Source: Raja brachyura
Lineage: Eukaryota
Assembly (NCBI GenBank): GCA_963514005.1
Contig: OY740797.1
Span: 19,964,001 to 20,028,000 of the forward strand
Reading direction: 5' to 3'
DNA: 64,000 nt
Part shown: piece after piece, positions 62,916 to 64,000 of the stretch
Layout of the letters: the number at the start of each line of letters is the position of its first letter
Position numbering within the stretch: the first letter of the stretch is position 1
Translations under genes and position numbers: made by a program
The notes under the pieces: generated by a model
What the model was told of the DNA's origin: nothing
The model's input: only the letters and a program-made list of their open reading frames with translations
Database searches by the model: none

Positions 62916-64000
62916 TGAATGAATACGTTTATTGGCCAAGTATTCACATACAAGGAATTTGCCTTGGTGCTCCACCCACAAGTGACAATGAGATCTGCAA
63001 TGTAAGTTGAACCAATACTGCAGTAATTAATAGTTTTGGCAGTCTACAAATATTTTTCCTTTTTTCTATTCAGAGATTATAATCATCAGAATTCCTCTTT
63101 ATTTTTGTAAAGAAACTGTAAGAGAAACATGTCTACTTTATTGCAGCATAAATGCTTCTTGACAAGTTTACCTGTGCCTTTCTGCCTTCCTTTACAGAAC
63201 TGGGTCTTCAGGTCAGCACTCAGCCATTCACACACTGTGTGATACCAGACTTTATACAGAGTCAGTCATTCTTGGCAGGACTTCAAAATGACCTTCTGCA
63301 ACTAAACTTTCATGAAAAATCCAATGATCTTTATAAATTTAAGCAGGTGAGAAGCAGTTTTGCAGATAACAAATGAAAGGGTTGGTTGGAGGGAGAAAAA
63401 AATGAAATTCATAACACCAAAAGGACAGGGCCTTTTGCTACAGTATATGCATGCTAATGAAACCATGCTGTAGTGATACTAATTTCCTTGCTTTGAATGA
63501 GCCCAGCATGCATATCATGAACAGCTTCTTCAGAAGGGTATAGACATTGGGGTTCTATCACTAGCAATGTGCGCACAATGTGAACAGAAGAATAGGCAAA
63601 GGGATAGAATGAGAGAAAGAAGGAGTTAAGTAATTTTCATATACAAAATTATTTTTGCATCATTTTAGTTATTTTCAAAACCCTGCAGCCAATTTACCAT
63701 GTTAATACTTTAGCCTTTGTTGTAATTTCAGAAAATATGCAGAATTCTTGGAATGGCAAAGTTGAGGTGATGATTGTATAATAGAAACTCTGAAATGTGG
63801 GGTGAGGTGCATAATGTAAAGTTTGCAGTGACTTGACAAAGTCACTGCAAACTTTGACAATCACATTAAGTTCCAGTTACAATGTTTGCTGACATTTTAG
63901 TTTCTTAATAGAGACAAGATGTTACAGACATTTTTAAAATATAATTTGAAAGATTGTATTAAATTATTGAAGGTAAATTGGAGAGTGTAAACCACAGCTG

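Overview
Eukaryotic, repeat-rich vertebrate DNA, most likely a cartilaginous fish (skate/ray-like); this is inferred from the repeat families and Ig-type genes. Host content is two tandem, paralogous minus-strand immunoglobulin-superfamily receptor genes. Both have leader, germline-joined VJ-type V domain, C1 domain, TM and cytoplasmic exons, with matching exon sizes and phases (gene A ~17.4-21.6 kb, gene B ~35/37.9-46.2 kb). Gene A has a 1-nt frameshift in its C1 exon. The rest is mostly transposons: a structurally complete DIRS1-type tyrosine-recombinase retrotransposon (20-4829, with ITRs, ICR, gag, RT/RNaseH/adenine methylase and YR), many nested CR1 LINEs, a Helitron remnant with a decayed Pif1 helicase, Helitron-like tandem units, a Harbinger-like TIR element and tRNA-derived SINEs. 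About ten Penelope-derived pieces carry a minimal type I hammerhead ribozyme motif; two are ~95-bp insertions with their own 13-14 bp target-site duplications. A candidate promoter and first exon of a further minus-strand gene lies at ~15.8-16.2 kb. One 159-nt N gap is present. All coordinates were read by eye; boundaries of decayed repeats are approximate.
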